Shown here one piece after another: positions 48,440-62,210 of a stretch of 64,000 nt of DNA. A program made the translations under genes and the position numbers. The DNA is from Eledone cirrhosa (lineage: Eukaryota), in contig OZ024741.1 in the NCBI GenBank assembly GCA_964016885.1, positions 388,864,001 through 388,928,000 of the forward strand. Reading direction: 5' to 3'. Below the pieces are notes generated by a model that worked only from the letters and a program-made list of their open reading frames with translations, was not told the DNA's origin and did no database searches. Positions within the stretch are counted from its first letter, which is position 1. Every line of letters begins with the position of its first letter.

Positions 48440-51400
48440 GAGTTGATTCATTTAGCTTGACTTGAAGCCCTTAGGGGCCAAATCTGTGTTTGTTTTTGAA
48501 ACACACCTCTCAATTTTCTTTGAAAATTAAGATGGTGGACAAAAATATTGCGTCCGCTAAATGGAATGGCAGGTTGCCCATAGAGTGGAACAGCCAAAAT
48601 TCTGAAAACAATAACAGCAGCAGCAACAACAGCAACAGCGACTAACATTTATCTGGTGAAAACAAAGTGGATTTCCAGCTCTGCCAATGTTTATTTCGCT
48701 GAATGCTGCCACCGCCACCACAATGACTGTAGGTGCAGTCAACACCACAGACAACACCACCACCAGTGAAACCAAAGAAACTAAAAACAAAATGAACACG
48801 CACAACAGCAACAACATAAATGATAACAACACCACCACCACCACCACCACAGCAACAACTGAAACAAAAAATAATAACAACAAGAACAACAGCAACAATG
48901 AGAATAACAACAACAGCAACAATGAGAATAACATCAATGCCACCAACACCAGTGCAAAACCAAATATGTCTTTTGTGAAAGCGGCGAACAAGAACAAAAC
49001 GTTTGAGTTAAGCCAGGAACAACTGAATGAGGTCAGGCGAATAGTGAAGAAAAATGGCTACAGGGTCAGCCTCAGTCCTCCATCAAAAACAGTGCAATAT
49101 TGGTGGCTATGTACAGTATCATATCGTACAATTAGCAAGAAATCACGCTGAGTGGAACAGGCATCCGAGTCCCAGATCCAAAAGACTTTGGGACATATGT
49201 GGGCTCAGAAAACCCACATCATACATGGACGAAGATATGGGACCGTGGATGTGTTCTTTCGAACACCACAGGAATCCAGAGAGCACACCATGGCTCCACT
49301 AAAGAGTGACAAACTCACACTAGTCCCAAGTTAATGTGGAGAAAAGCTTGTGAGAGTAAAAGTGACCCAGGTACTGCCAGCCATTGACATTCCCTGGCTG
49401 ATGGTTGCCGACATCGAGGCCAACACAAAGGTCATTGAGGTGATAAGAATAAAACAGGAGAACTGGTCCAGTTCTGGAATGGAGCTCCTGATCCAAGCGG
49501 ACCAGAAAAACATCCAGGAGATTCCAGAGGTGATAGACCTCGATGACGGCAGCCACTTAACCGTAATCGTTGAAGGTAGAAAGCCAAGGTGTGTTGTTTG
49601 TGGCGATGGAACCAACCTAAAGGCCTTCTGCCCTAAGGGGATGGCTAAAAAATTAAGGCCACTTCTCCTGCATACCCCACTGGCTCAACCAGCAAAAACA
49701 GCAGCAGCAATGGCAGCAACAACTGTAGCAGTAACGGTAGCAAGACCACAACTGCCCACCACGCCAGGAGTAGCACTATTATCACCACCATTCACCACAC
49801 CACAACCAACACCAACGCCTGAGGAGGACATTCCGTGCCCCGACCTCTCACAACTGGAGACGGATTGTGATAAGGAAGGGCGGAAAACTGTATCTGTAAA
49901 AAAAGAAATCAGGAAAGAAAGAACCCTCTTCCTATGCCCTCCAACAAAATAGAGGGCGAAACAAACAAAAGAAAACAAGAAAGTTAAGACAGCTACACCA
50001 CCACCTACACCAGCATCACTGGCCCCATCACTACAAACACCAACACCAGCATCATCGGCCCCATCACTACAAACACCAACACCAGCATCACCAACAAACG
50101 AAACAGAAACAAACCCACAACAAACGCAAACACAACAAAGCAACCAAACTGAAACACACTACACAGCATTAAACTTGAACAATAAGCAATTATTACACTA
50201 CATCGAACACAACACCAGCATCACAGAGAAAAACTATACAACACCCCAAAAAATTTACACCACCCACACACATACAAATCACTCGTATCACACAGAAAAC
50301 ATACACAACTCTAAAATTAAAATTCCCTAAGGACATTGGAGACTTCTGGCAAATACTTTCCAGAAGGATATATAAAGACACAAACAGTAAGAAGGATGGA
50401 GGCACCATCCTTCCTCCATAAGAACAGAGGTAAGTGGTTTTTCCCATCTTTTTCCACCCCTTTTCAACATGACCTTTCTCAGAATAGGCAGCATGGTCTG
50501 GGATCGTCATGGAAGTAGGGTCACCTCCTCAACGACCTCAGGTCAATGAACATAGATGTGGTGGCCATCAGTGTGACCAGAATTTCTGAGGCACATACCT
50601 TCGCACCCATCTTCGATGGTTACGATGTGTACGTATCTCCAAGCCAGCCGGGATTGGGAGGCGGAGAGGCCTGCATCTCATGACACGGACCATCTTCTTG
50701 GACCCAGAAGGTAAGTCGGTGGTGCTGGACATGACCAGCAGCAAAGGGTATGCTTTTAGGCTAGTGGCTGTTTATGCCCCGACAGGGGCAGGATGGCCTG
50801 ATTTCTTCAGGCGACTGGAGACCTTCCTAGGAACGTCCTGCTCTTTAATGTTAGGCAATTGGAATAGGATCTTGGATGCACGCTGGGATTGTGTGGGTTT
50901 AGCGGATAGGGGAGGAGGGTGTAAAAGCCTCGCAAAGATGTTCAGATGTTTCCAACTATCTGACAGGTACCAACTGGATTTCCCGAATGTGCCAATGTGG
51001 ACATGGACAGATCGTATCTAGATAGAGTATTTTGTAAGGAAGTAGATAGTTCTAGCATAGGTTGTCCACAATTCAAGATAGTCGACTACATGGACCACAA
51101 ATTCGTGATCTATGTGGTCAACTTAGATAGGCTTCATAGACAGGAACCCGTCTACTGGAATCTAAACGCGACATTAACAGCGCGCAAAGCCTACAGAGAC
51201 TGGATTAGCGAACTAGTTAAGCGGGCCAGTCGTCAACAACAAAAAATAGAGCGGAGGGAGAACTAGTTAGAAAACTAGACGAGGCGCTTAGTAAAGGCAT
51301 CGCGACCAACGTGCTTGCGGGGAAATTAGCCCTTGACCAATTCTTCAACACAAAGCACGAAGGCTGCATTGTCAGAGCTAGGGCGTGTGCTCTAAGAAAC

Positions 51401-53765
51401 GGGGGGACGAAAGCCGTTCAATGGGCCTGAGTGGCGGAGGTGCATCGTGACAACAAAGCCACGATCCAGTCTTTGGAGGACCACGACGGGCGCAAGTTAC
51501 TCAAACCCAAGCAATGTGTGCGGCTTTTCAGCAGTGCTTTGTTCAGCTGTTCAGGAGCAGCAGTGGGTCGGATCGCAGGATGGACTTAAGCGCCTATCTC
51601 GATGGTCTGCCGCGGCTGTCAGCCACTGAGGTGAAGTGTTGCAAAAAGCCGATAACTGCCACTGAAGTACAGGAGGCAATGACTGACTGCACGATGGGTA
51701 AATTGCCTTGTTTGGATGGTCTGCCCTACAGGCTTTACGTACACATGCCAGACTTGTTTGGCGACCTCTTGGCGGACGTCTACTGCAACTGGCAGCAGAA
51801 CGGGAGAATTACCAGCTTTGTGAGCCAAGGAGTGGTAGAGTTGCTGAGAAAGGACCCGAACAAAGGGGACAACATAGATAATTTCAGGCCCCTAACTCTG
51901 CTAAATGCAGAGTTTAAGATTTTGGCCAAGGTGTTAGCAAAGAGGTTGGTGTTTGTCGTTGGTGGTCTGGTGGGAGAGGCGCAGACAATCGCCATTCCAG
52001 ACAGATCCATTCACGACAACTCCACCGCATGCGATACATCATAGAGAGGGTAGCTAACGAACCTGGCATGAGTGGGGCCTTCATCAATTTAGATCAGTCG
52101 AAAGCTTCCAATAGGGTCAACCAGCGTTATCTGGCGACGGTTTTGGGGGCGGCTGGCTTTGGGCCTGTCTTCAGAGGCTGGATTGTTGCCATGCATAGTG
52201 ACATCTGCTCTGTGGTGAGAGTTAACGGTCACCTTTCGGAACATCATGCGCTTGGTCCTTAAAAGATATACCCTTTTGTCCCTGTTGTATGTATTGAACT
52301 CTTCAGCCATTACTGCACAAACTGGAGATGTTTAGGGGCGTCCTGCGCAAACTGGGATGTGGGAGAACTGTGTCAGCATATGCTGATGACGTCACCATAG
52401 TAGTGTCGAACGCCAAATACATCAAGACGATCGAAGAGAATATGAGGTGGTGACAGGAGCAATGAGCAACCAGGAAAAGTCGGTGGGCCTGTGGCTCAGC
52501 TCGACCTCCAGACGGACAAAATCTGGGACGAGGTGATGAGCAGGGTGGCCTCTCTCACTACTGCCTGACCGTTGTGCCTTGTCCTAAGACTTGCCTGACT
52601 GCACTGGAGCATTTACTCTTTCACTTTTTGTGGAAGGGACGCGCTCCGATGATCATGCGGTCCATTTGCTGTCAATACCTTCTACACTGAGGGCTAGGCA
52701 TGCCGTGGCTGATGATGCACAGACATGTGCTCAGGCTACGGTATCTCCACCTCTTCCTCGACGGTGAACAGGTGTTGTTGCCGTTTGCTAGATGCGTCTT
52801 TCCCCAGCTCATCTCCTTGATGGAGTTGCAGTCCTGGGTCAAATGAACACCGAGAGGGAGCACTTGGAGATTTCAGCTCTTGACCAATCAGGCAATGCAA
52901 TCGGTGAAAACTCCACCTTGGCATTCTATAGAGGGTTAGTGGAGAGAAAGAGCGACAACATCCTTGGGGAGACTCTGGGTGTTGATAAAAATCAACTAAC
53001 TAATCTCTTTGGGAGAACTTTCGGTCTGGGGCCCATGGACAACTTCCAGAAATCCCTGGCCTGGCAGTGCTACCAGGGAGCTTTGCCAGTTCAGGATAAA
53101 TTCTACAGGCATGGAAGTGCCGTCAGCCGGGCCTGTCCGAGACGTGCACAGTGTGACAAAACCATTCTGCACGCACTCATCCAGTGTCCGAGCATTGCTG
53201 ACTTGTTGGTTTATACCGAATACCTGCTGCGTTGTGTAAAATGGATCCGGCCATCAGCTGAGACTATCGTGAGGATTGCCCCGCCGCCTTCCTTTAGCTG
53301 GGAAGGGCAGGTAGATTTTACCTGCCTGGTGGCCATGGCAAAAGAGGTCGTGTGGTGGATGCATTTGAAAGGGCTGAAGACGAGCACTTACCTCTTAGTT
53401 GATGCCCTGATTAACTTTTTCAAATTTCATTTTAAATGAAAATCACCGCGGAGTGGGAAGTACTCTCTTCCCAACAATTTGTTGGAAGATGGGTGAGAGA
53501 GGCAAACATGGCCTAAGTGAATGGGCCTACTCTGAGTATGCACCAGTAGACTGGAGGTGGAAAACTGGGAGAGAGCACTTGCCCTGGCGGTCAGGGTCAC
53601 CGTGGCTTTTTTAATGGGCTTTCTCCACGAGTCACCCTCAGAAATTTTCCTTGGTTTCTTTTTTGTTATTTCCTTTGTTATCGTTTTTTCTTTACATGCA
53701 GAATGCCCATTTGTACCATCCTGTACTGTCCTTAATGTTAACCCTTGTGGTTAATAAAGAAAAAG
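48440..53765 (+). mobile_element. Full-length but decayed Tx1/L1-clade LINE
   Basis: ORF1 remnants (N/T-rich linker, knuckle RCVVCGDGTNLKAFCP). ORF2 EN (FRLVAVYAPT), RT (NFRPLTLLNAEFKILAKVLAKRL; AYADD with YADD at 52379-52390), C-terminal CPR..QCDKTILHALIQCP. AATAAA plus A tail at 53753-53765. 5' end approximate. Confidence 0.88.
50005..50092 (+). repeat. 36-bp tandem repeat in Tx1 ORF1
   Basis: ACACCAGCATCA..GGCCCCATCACTACAAACACCA repeated about 2.4 times. Confidence 0.85.
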
Positions 53766-53980
53766 GTCGGACATGCTTTCCAGCGTAGTTACGTCCCTTT
53801 ACGATCTGAGTTCAAATCCCACCGAGGTTAACTTTGCCTTACGGGGTCGATAAAATAAAGTACCAGTTACGCACTGGGGTCGATTTAAATCGACTTTCTC
53901 CTCCCCAAAAATTGCTGGCCTTGTGCCTATATAAGAAACCATTATTATTATTATTGTTATTATTATTATCATTATTATTT
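53766..53980 (+). mobile_element. 5'-headless Meta/MESC-like SINE with (ATT)n tail
   Basis: Starts at GGTCGGACATGC directly after the Tx1 A-tail. Confidence 0.88.
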
Positions 53981-56900
53981 ATAACTAGTAGGATTATATA
54001 GCACCTAATGTATGAATCCTAATTATCTGCTTGTCAGTTATCTTTTAACTTTGTAGCTTGAGAGAAATCCTGCTTGGATAGTTGAAGACATGTAATACAT
54101 AAAATACCAAGATGAATGTGGTTCACTGGATGTGCAAGCAGGTTTAAAATTGAATAGGCTTTAATTCTTTTGTGACCACATTCCTCATGAAATACCGTAT
54201 TTCAATTAATTAATGAAGAATTTGAAGGGACTTACTAAAATTCTCCATTATTTCATTTTAAAGATATTTGTAAATGTAACATATCAAAAGGTTCTTATAT
54301 TAAATCATGTTGGAAGGTTTTCATTTAAAATGGGTGACTTTTTTCATTGAACCAAAGGTGGTTTTGAGTAGATTGTCATAAAAAAAGGTTAAATATATTG
54401 ATTGATGCAAGCAGGAGTCTGAGTTAATTTACTTATGTATGGTATATGTAAGATGATAAATAGTTGCATGATAGTTAAAATGCAGGTAGGCTAAAAAAAC
54501 TTATATAGATCTTAAGAAAAAAAAAAACGTTTTATGCAAGAAGCATTCAGAAAACATGTGCTACTATGGTACATCTACATTAAGTCAATAATAATTTTTT
54601 CACTTTGGCACAAGGCCACACATTTTGTGGAATGCATGTAGTCGATTTAATCGACTTCAATGCATGAATGGTACTTATTTTATGAAGTCTATATAGGTAA
54701 ATGGCAAAGTCAACATAGGTTGAATTCAAATATATAAAGTAATGGGATAGAACAAAATACACATTACTGCTTCTACCATCACACTGCCCCCTCATTAAGT
54801 AAACACTCTGTAGACCCTCTCCTCTACAAAAGAGCCTCTTCATGAGATTTTTTTCTCTTGTTCTTTTCTACTGTAAGCCTTTCTTATAGGTTTTATGTGT
54901 AGCTGGCCATAACACCAGTCATTAACCTATTCATTTTAAACTCTTTTATGAACACATTTTAAAGGACATTTTTTGCTTATGTATCTTAATTTTGAAAACC
55001 TAATTCAACAAAAGGTTCTTAAATAAAATTGTGTGGAACATTTTAATTTAGATACGAGCACTTAAAAATTATCAACCTCAGGCAGTTTGGTATCAAAAGG
55101 ATTAAGCTGATTTATATAAAGCCATGCAAATATTTTTCTTTTATGCATCAACTTATGCTTCTGGTTATATCAAGTTATTTTCTCACCTAGTTGAGGTTCA
55201 CCAAGTTTTTTTCTTTTTTATTTGACACTGTTTTTTTAAACATGCTTTATGCACTGTGAACAACAATATTTCACTTTGCCATAGCTTATGTATGTAGTTT
55301 TTATCTATGGCAGTGCAAAACTATGTTACACATATCATCAAATGTTCAAATTTGTATGGCTCTTTATTTTCCTCAACATTGACTTCGCTTCTAACCCACA
55401 TACACATTTTAATTATATATATATAATTATATATTCGTGTGCAGATCTTTTTGTATACACACACACACACATAATACATAGGAAAACAGAAACAGAAATA
55501 CAAAAAAAACATAAACAAACATTTACCTCGTTATCTTATGCAGCATATTTATTTGTTTACATGCGCAGATCCTTTTGTACACACACAATATTTAGGAAAA
55601 TGGAAACAAAAATACACAAAAAACAAAACAAAAAACAAACATTTTATTTCTATCGTAATCAAGTGTGCTAAACCTATATTGTTTACATTCTGTGTTTTTC
55701 TACGGATGGGCAGAAATAACAAAATTGCCATGGTGATATCTATGGATGAAGTATGCGACAAAACTGGTCGATGGTCCAAAATAGAACATTGCCCAGAAAA
55801 TCACACCTGCCATATCTGTACGGAATCCGAAAACTCGTTCCGTAATTGCTGGGTCGAATGTGGAACCTGTTTCATCTCTGTCTGCCTTCAATGCGCCACA
55901 GGCTTCCGGAGGATCCCATGCCAAAAAAAGAGACATCATAATGCTATGATGGATGGACTCTGGGAGATGGTCCAGCTAAAATCTTGGTCCTTTCAGTGCC
56001 TGGCCTGTGTGCCTGCCTCAACCAATGTTATTGAAAAGCAACAACAACAACAACAAAAACCGATGACTGTATCTTCCTCTACCATTGTTACTGAACAACG
56101 GCAAAAACCTATGACACTGGCTTCTGCTGCTATTCCTGTGGACGAACATCAGAAACAACAACAACCCATGTCTTCCGCTCCCAGTACATCTCGACACCAA
56201 CAACCGACGACTGTGTCTTCCCCTACCATTCCCGTGGAGGAACATCATCATCATCAACAACAACAACAGCGGTGGCAGCAACAACAACCGACCAGTACAG
56301 ATTTTGCAGAATTGCAACAAATGATTTTTGCTTTAAGAAGGGAAGTAACATGAATAAAAGCAAGCATTCGGGTAGGACCCCACAATGAAGAGTCTTATCA
56401 GAATGCCTTGCTAAAGAATCTCCCTGTACCTCTTGCCACATCTGGGCACACTGAGAAGACTGCGGAATCCTCTAAACACCATCATAAACTGCAAGCAGGG
56501 TACAAATTGTTGTCCTTAAATGCTCGCAGTTTATGCAACAAGATACATCTGTTTAACTCCTATGTCAGAAGCATCGACCCTGACTTCATCACAGTCACGG
56601 AAACATGGGCACATTCCTTACTCTGTGATGGGGTTTTCAGCATTACTGGGTACAACCTGTTCCGCAAGGACCGCATTAATTGCCGTGGTGGTAGTGTGAT
56701 GGTCTACGCTGGTTCAAACTTTTCGGTAATTCCTTGCATTGATTTGAACGAATCACAAGAAGTTTTTTTCTGTGACATACGTATGACCATGTCAACACTT
56801 CTGCTTGGTGTTGTTTATCGCCCCCCAAACTACCATCAGGACACACAGCTTTGGATATCCTCAGAGCTGCTGCCAGGAAAACTGCTGCCTATGTGTTTAT

Positions 56901-58510
56901 TGCAGGTGACTTCAATCATCCTGAGATCGATTGGGAAACCTTTTGTTGGCCACAAAGTGCAAACGATTTCCTTGAGCTAGTGCTGGACTCAAACTGGTCA
57001 CAAGTAGTCACCTCTCCAACAAGATGTGACAACACTTTGGACCTGCTCTTCACCACTACTTCTGAAGTGGTTATCAGTTGTACTACTGAGGAACCTCTAG
57101 GCGACTCTGATCATGCTATGATCATTGCCAATTTGGCTCTTGTGGGCAGCAACAAAAACCAGAACCATCTCCAATCTGCTTGCTTTGATTGGAAGAAAGC
57201 AGATTGGAACTTGTACTGCACTGAGTTACAGTGCCCAAACTGGCATGAGTTCTATAACTCTGGAGATGTGAACACTATACTCCAGAGCATCCTGGACTCA
57301 ATATGGATAGCGTGTGCAGCATCAGTGCCACGTAAGCAGTAAAAAACCCACCCCAAAAGTGCAACTTGGCAAACTTCAGCGGTCCGATTTGCCAGGAAAG
57401 AACGTTGCAACGCTGAACGGGAATATAAACTGCATAAATCAGATGCCAACAGAAAAAAGCGGAATAAATCTTCCAACTATCTCAAGCAAGTGACAAAAAA
57501 GACAGTGCTTGAATTTGAACAGTGCATAGCAACCAATCCTGACATTAAGGTGTTCTGGAAATATGTACATTCAAAGCAGAGACGTCACTCTCAAGTTGGT
57601 CCTCTTCGCAATCTCCACACAAGCCAGAGCACTGACGATCCCAAAGAATGCGCAAAACTCATTGCTGAGTGCTATGCAAGCATTTTTACTGTTGAAAAAC
57701 AGAATGTACCATCTCCACCATCTCTAACATCAAATTCCATAACAACTATGGAATTTACACCTGCAATGCTGCGATGTCACCTTAAGAATAAGCGCAACTA
57801 TGCCTACCCTGGTCTTGATGGTGTTACATATCTGCTTCTCAAACGTGGCGGGTACTTCCTTTTGCACCAGCTTTCTTTCTTCTTTCAATACTGTCTCAAC
57901 AATGGTGCTACTCCGGAGCAGTCGAAAACTGGCAGTGTCATTCCCCGGTTCAAAAAGGGTGACCGCATATCACCTGTCAACTATCGTCCAGTCAGTCTTA
58001 CTAGCTGTATTGCCAAACTGATAGAATCCTGTGTCAGAGAAACACTTTGGAACTTCTGGAGCTCTCTATAGCCTCATCCGGCCCTCGCAATTTGGATTTA
58101 TCCCTAACTCCAGCTGCTGTGATCAGCTTATCGAGTTCCTTGAAGACATTACCCGGATCACTGACAGCAGCTCATGGGTGGATGTTGTGTACCTTGGCTT
58201 CGCTAAGGCTTTTAATTCTGTGCCACACAAAAGACTTATGGCGAAACTCTCTGCAATGGGTGTGAGGGATGATCTTTTTAACTGGTTGAAATCCTTCATT
58301 CTCAGCTGAAAAGAGGTAGTCACGGTTATAGGACAGCATTCTTCTCCATATGAGATGTCATCTGGTGTACCATAGGGATCTGTTCTTGGTCCCCTTTTGT
58401 TTGTGGCATATATTAATGACATAGATGCCAACTTAAAGGATGCCACGGTACTGAAATATGCAGATGACATGAAGCTGTACCTTGAAATCAAAAGGACAGA
58501 TCCTGAAATC

Positions 58511-60702
58511 TGTAGAAGATCACACCACCTAGCTTTGACTTTGGAGGTAGTCGATTAACTGCCCTTAGTTCTGACGTCACGTTCTGACGTCAGTAGCTGA
58601 ATACACTCTCTTCGACTTTGTTTTTTGATGCGAGCAGACGCGTTTCACTGTTGCGAAACAGCGATATTGCACCATGCGGTCACGAGATATTTGAACACTG
58701 CAACTTAATGATAATTACGAATTACCAATCAAGGAGCAACTGATATGATAACCTGTTTTGTTTATTGCTCTGATTAAAATGCTCATGTACATATAATCTC
58801 GAGGTATGTTCTTTTTGCTTAATTGTTTACCTACACCTAACAACAAATAGAAGAGATGTTCTCGCAGCCAAGCTAGGGAAACAAACTTCCCTCTAAATCG
58901 TAAAACAACGCAGCCTTCTAAAATGGTGACCATCTCTCCTAAAGTGGTGACCCCGAAGTTAAATTATAATGTTTGGTGCCGTTCCTTTGTTTCTTGCTAG
59001 AAATCAAAAGTTCACAGGCATGTTAAGACTCCTCTAGGTACTTTTAGTAACCCGGACGCTTGGTTTCGCCACATTCATGTGGACATCGTGGGACCTTGGC
59101 CAATTAGCGGTGGTCATAATTACATATTGACTGTTATCAATCGTTTTTCGCGATGGCCTGAAGCCATCCCCTTGAAAGATATCACTGCTGAGACGACAGC
59201 TCGTGCCCTTGTGTCTGGATGGATCGCTCGATATGGAGTACCACCGTCAATTACCACGAACCGTAGAAGGCAGTTTGAATGGAATCTCTTCCATGAATTA
59301 ACGAAGATCATCAGCGCTAAACGCATACGAACTACTGCATATCATCCTGCCTCTAATGGAATGGTGGAGCGCTTCCACCGACAACTAAAGGCCGCTCTAC
59401 GGACTTCTCCTGACTCTATGCGTTGGAGCGAGTACCTCCCTATTGTGTTGTTGGGGATTCGGTCAACAATAAAGGAGGACCTTGGGTTCTTCCCAGCCGA
59501 ATAATTATATGGTGCTCCTCTAGCGTTACCTGGGCAAATGCTTGCCCCTGTTGATCTTGCTGCACAAGATCCGCTTTCCTACGTATCCCGTCTGCATTCT
59601 TATTTTCAGGACCTGCCGCCGATGGATACGAGGAAGCAAACTGTAAAATCTGCAGTCCCGAGGGATATTGCCTCGTGGACCCATGTTTGTGAGAAACGAT
59701 GCTGTGAGACCACCTCTCACACAACCATACTCTGGACCCTACCGTGTATTAACTCGTTCCGAGAAACATTTCATTGTAGACATTAAGGGTTCCAGAGAGA
59801 CGGTTTCTATTGATCGACTCAAACGAGCACATTTGGACACAGACGCTATCACACCTGAGCCACAGACGCCCCCATCTTTTTCTTTCGCACACACACACCT
59901 GCTTCTTCGTCCCACCCCCACCCCCCCATCAACAAGATATAAGACTACGACCCGTTCCGGTCGAAGGGTTCATTGGCCAAAAATACTGTGTAGCACTGTA
60001 TATTTTTAAGCTGCTATTGTGCGGCGCTTTAATCCTGTATTTCCTATTTGAACTATTTGAACTTTTAATAATTGTATTTACATTTTTTTTTTCTTTCTCC
60101 TTCTTGCATGCTTGTTTCATATGATCTTTTGAAATTTGTTGTGCCCTTCATCCTCGGTTGGGCTGATTGCTCCTTGGTTTGGGGTTTTTGCTAGTTGCTC
60201 ATCGTTTTTCTACATACATGGTCCGATGAACCGATTTTTATTTCTTTTTCTAAAAATCTGGTGGGAGACCATGTAGAAGATCACGCCACCTAGCTTTGAC
60301 TTTGGAGGCAGTTGATTAACTGCCCTTAGTTCTGGCGTGATGTTCTGACGTCAGTAGCTGAATACACTCTTCGACTTTGTGTCTTGGTGCGAGCAGACGC
60401 GTTTCACTGTGGTGAAACAGCGATATTGCACCATGCGGTCACGGGATATTTGAACACCGCAACTTAATGATAACTACAAATTATCAATCAAGGAGCAACT
60501 GATATGATAACCTGTTTTGTTTATTGCTCTGATTAAAATGCTCATGTACATATAATCTCGAGGTATGTTCTTTTTGCTTAATTGTTTACCTACACCTAAC
60601 AACAAATAGAAGAGATGTTCTCGCAGCCAAGCTAGGGAAACAAACTTCCCTCTAAATCGTAAAACAACGCAGCCTTCTAAAATGGTGACCATCTCTCCTA
60701 AA
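58511..60702 (+). mobile_element. Gypsy (CsRn1-like) LTR retrotransposon, internally deleted
   Basis: LTRs 58511-58943 and 60272-60702; 4-bp TSD AATC; PBS TGGTGACCCCGA (tRNA-Trp type); integrase remnant; purine-rich stretch before the 3' LTR. Confidence 0.93.
58970..60009 (+). pseudogene. Gypsy integrase (end of zinc-binding domain, DDE core, GPY/F module), disrupted
   Basis: HIHVDIVGP...[12 protein letters not shown]...[21 protein letters not shown]...PYSGPYRVL...VSIDRLK. Confidence 0.92.
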
Positions 60703-62089
60703 AATCTATAACTCTTTCCTACAATCAGACCTGGACACAATGCAGCAATGGATCACAGACTGGCAACTGAAGCTGGCTGTGGACATCGTACCACCATGCA
60801 TTTTGGGAGGAAAATCCAGCGTCCACATACTCCCTCCACAACACTGATATCAAGAAGTCCTATTGTGAATGTGACCTGGGCATTACTGTCAGTAACGAAT
60901 TGCGTTGGACAAAGCACATCTCTAAAATTGTCAAGAAGGCTGAGGGTGTCTTGGCATCACTGAGCAAAACCTTTGTTAGCCGCTCTCCAGCCATCTATTT
61001 AAAGCTGTATGACCACACTTGGAATTCGCATCATCAGTCTGGAACCCCTATCTTGCTCAGAACATTGACCTCCTGGAGACTGTTCAGAGACATGCAACCA
61101 AGCGCATACCCTCCATCAGACATCTACCATACTCTGAACGCCTTGCTTCCCTGGGCATGGATTCATTGAAGCTCCGACGTCTGGCAATGGACTTGGTAAA
61201 CACCCACAAAGTTATTAACCATCTCGCCAACAACAACCCTGAGCACCTTTTTGATCTCCATGTGTCTAACACACGTGGACATGCCTGCAAAGTCAGAAAA
61301 CACCACAGCTCCCAAGACTTTCGGAAACATTTTTCCACGGTTAGAGTTGCTGAAGCATGGAACAAACTGCCTGTGTCAGTTGTTAGCTGCTGAGACACTG
61401 CATCCTTTAAAACCCTTGTGCTTCCCGAAATACGCCAAAACTACACCTGATGTCCCCCTTCCATACACATGCACACATGTGTATATCATGACTCATGCAC
61501 TGTTCATTTTCCTAACGTTTGTACATTACCCTATGTACTATACATACACTTTTGATGAGTTGTAGTGCACCTGAGCACTGTACACAATATTTTCATTATT
61601 ATTATAATTTCTGTTTCACATTGCTACATTTTACTTTATAGAATTTATACACTTATTCCTCCTTATCTTATTTAAGGTTCTTAACAAATACCCCCCCCCC
61701 CCAATCCTACTGCCAGCTGTTGAATTCACTTTGACTATTTGCATCACTGCCATCTGTTGATTGCAGTGACATATATCGTGTTGTAATGCAAGTATGTTTC
61801 TCAAACAAATTTCATATTAGTTATCAAAATAGAATTTTGATTTGATAACTGAACTTCACAAAGAATTAAACTATTTTCTTTTTTAAAATTTTCACTATTA
61901 TTTTTGTTGTCATTGTTTCTTATTATTTCGTATACATTACTATTTTGAAATCTATCATGTTCCATTCCTTAAATGGCAACACAAATTTACAATATTTTCA
62001 TTAAAACATAACAGATTAAAGCTGTATTTCAAATCTTTCCAGAAATACTACAAACATAAAGTATTTACCTCTTTAGAATCAAATAGTAT

Positions 62090-62210
62090 TCATCATCATC
62101 ATCATCATCATCACTGTTGTCTGTCTGTTTTCCATGCGGACATAGGTTAGATGAGTTGTTACATTCTGAAACTAGACAGGTCAGATGACTATCTTGCTCA
62201 TACAGAGTAA
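62090..62210 (-). mobile_element. RTE/SINE 3' stub with (GAT)n tail
   Basis: (CAT)n plus terminal stem and CTTGCTCATACAG. Confidence 0.7.

Larger units (their letters stand above)
55420..61606 (+). mobile_element. Full-length decayed CR1-group LINE interrupted by an LTR element
   Basis: ORF1 (55706-56353) has a PHD-like Cys pattern and Q-rich linker. ORF2 EN (LNARSLCNK, TETW, YNLFRKDR, YRPP, GDFN, SDH) and RT (NYRPVSLTS, KAFNSVPH, GSVLGPLLF, YADD) resume in frame after 60706. 3' hairpin GTAGTGC/GCACTGTAC plus (ATT)n; ~125-bp tandem duplication at the 5' end. Confidence 0.9.
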
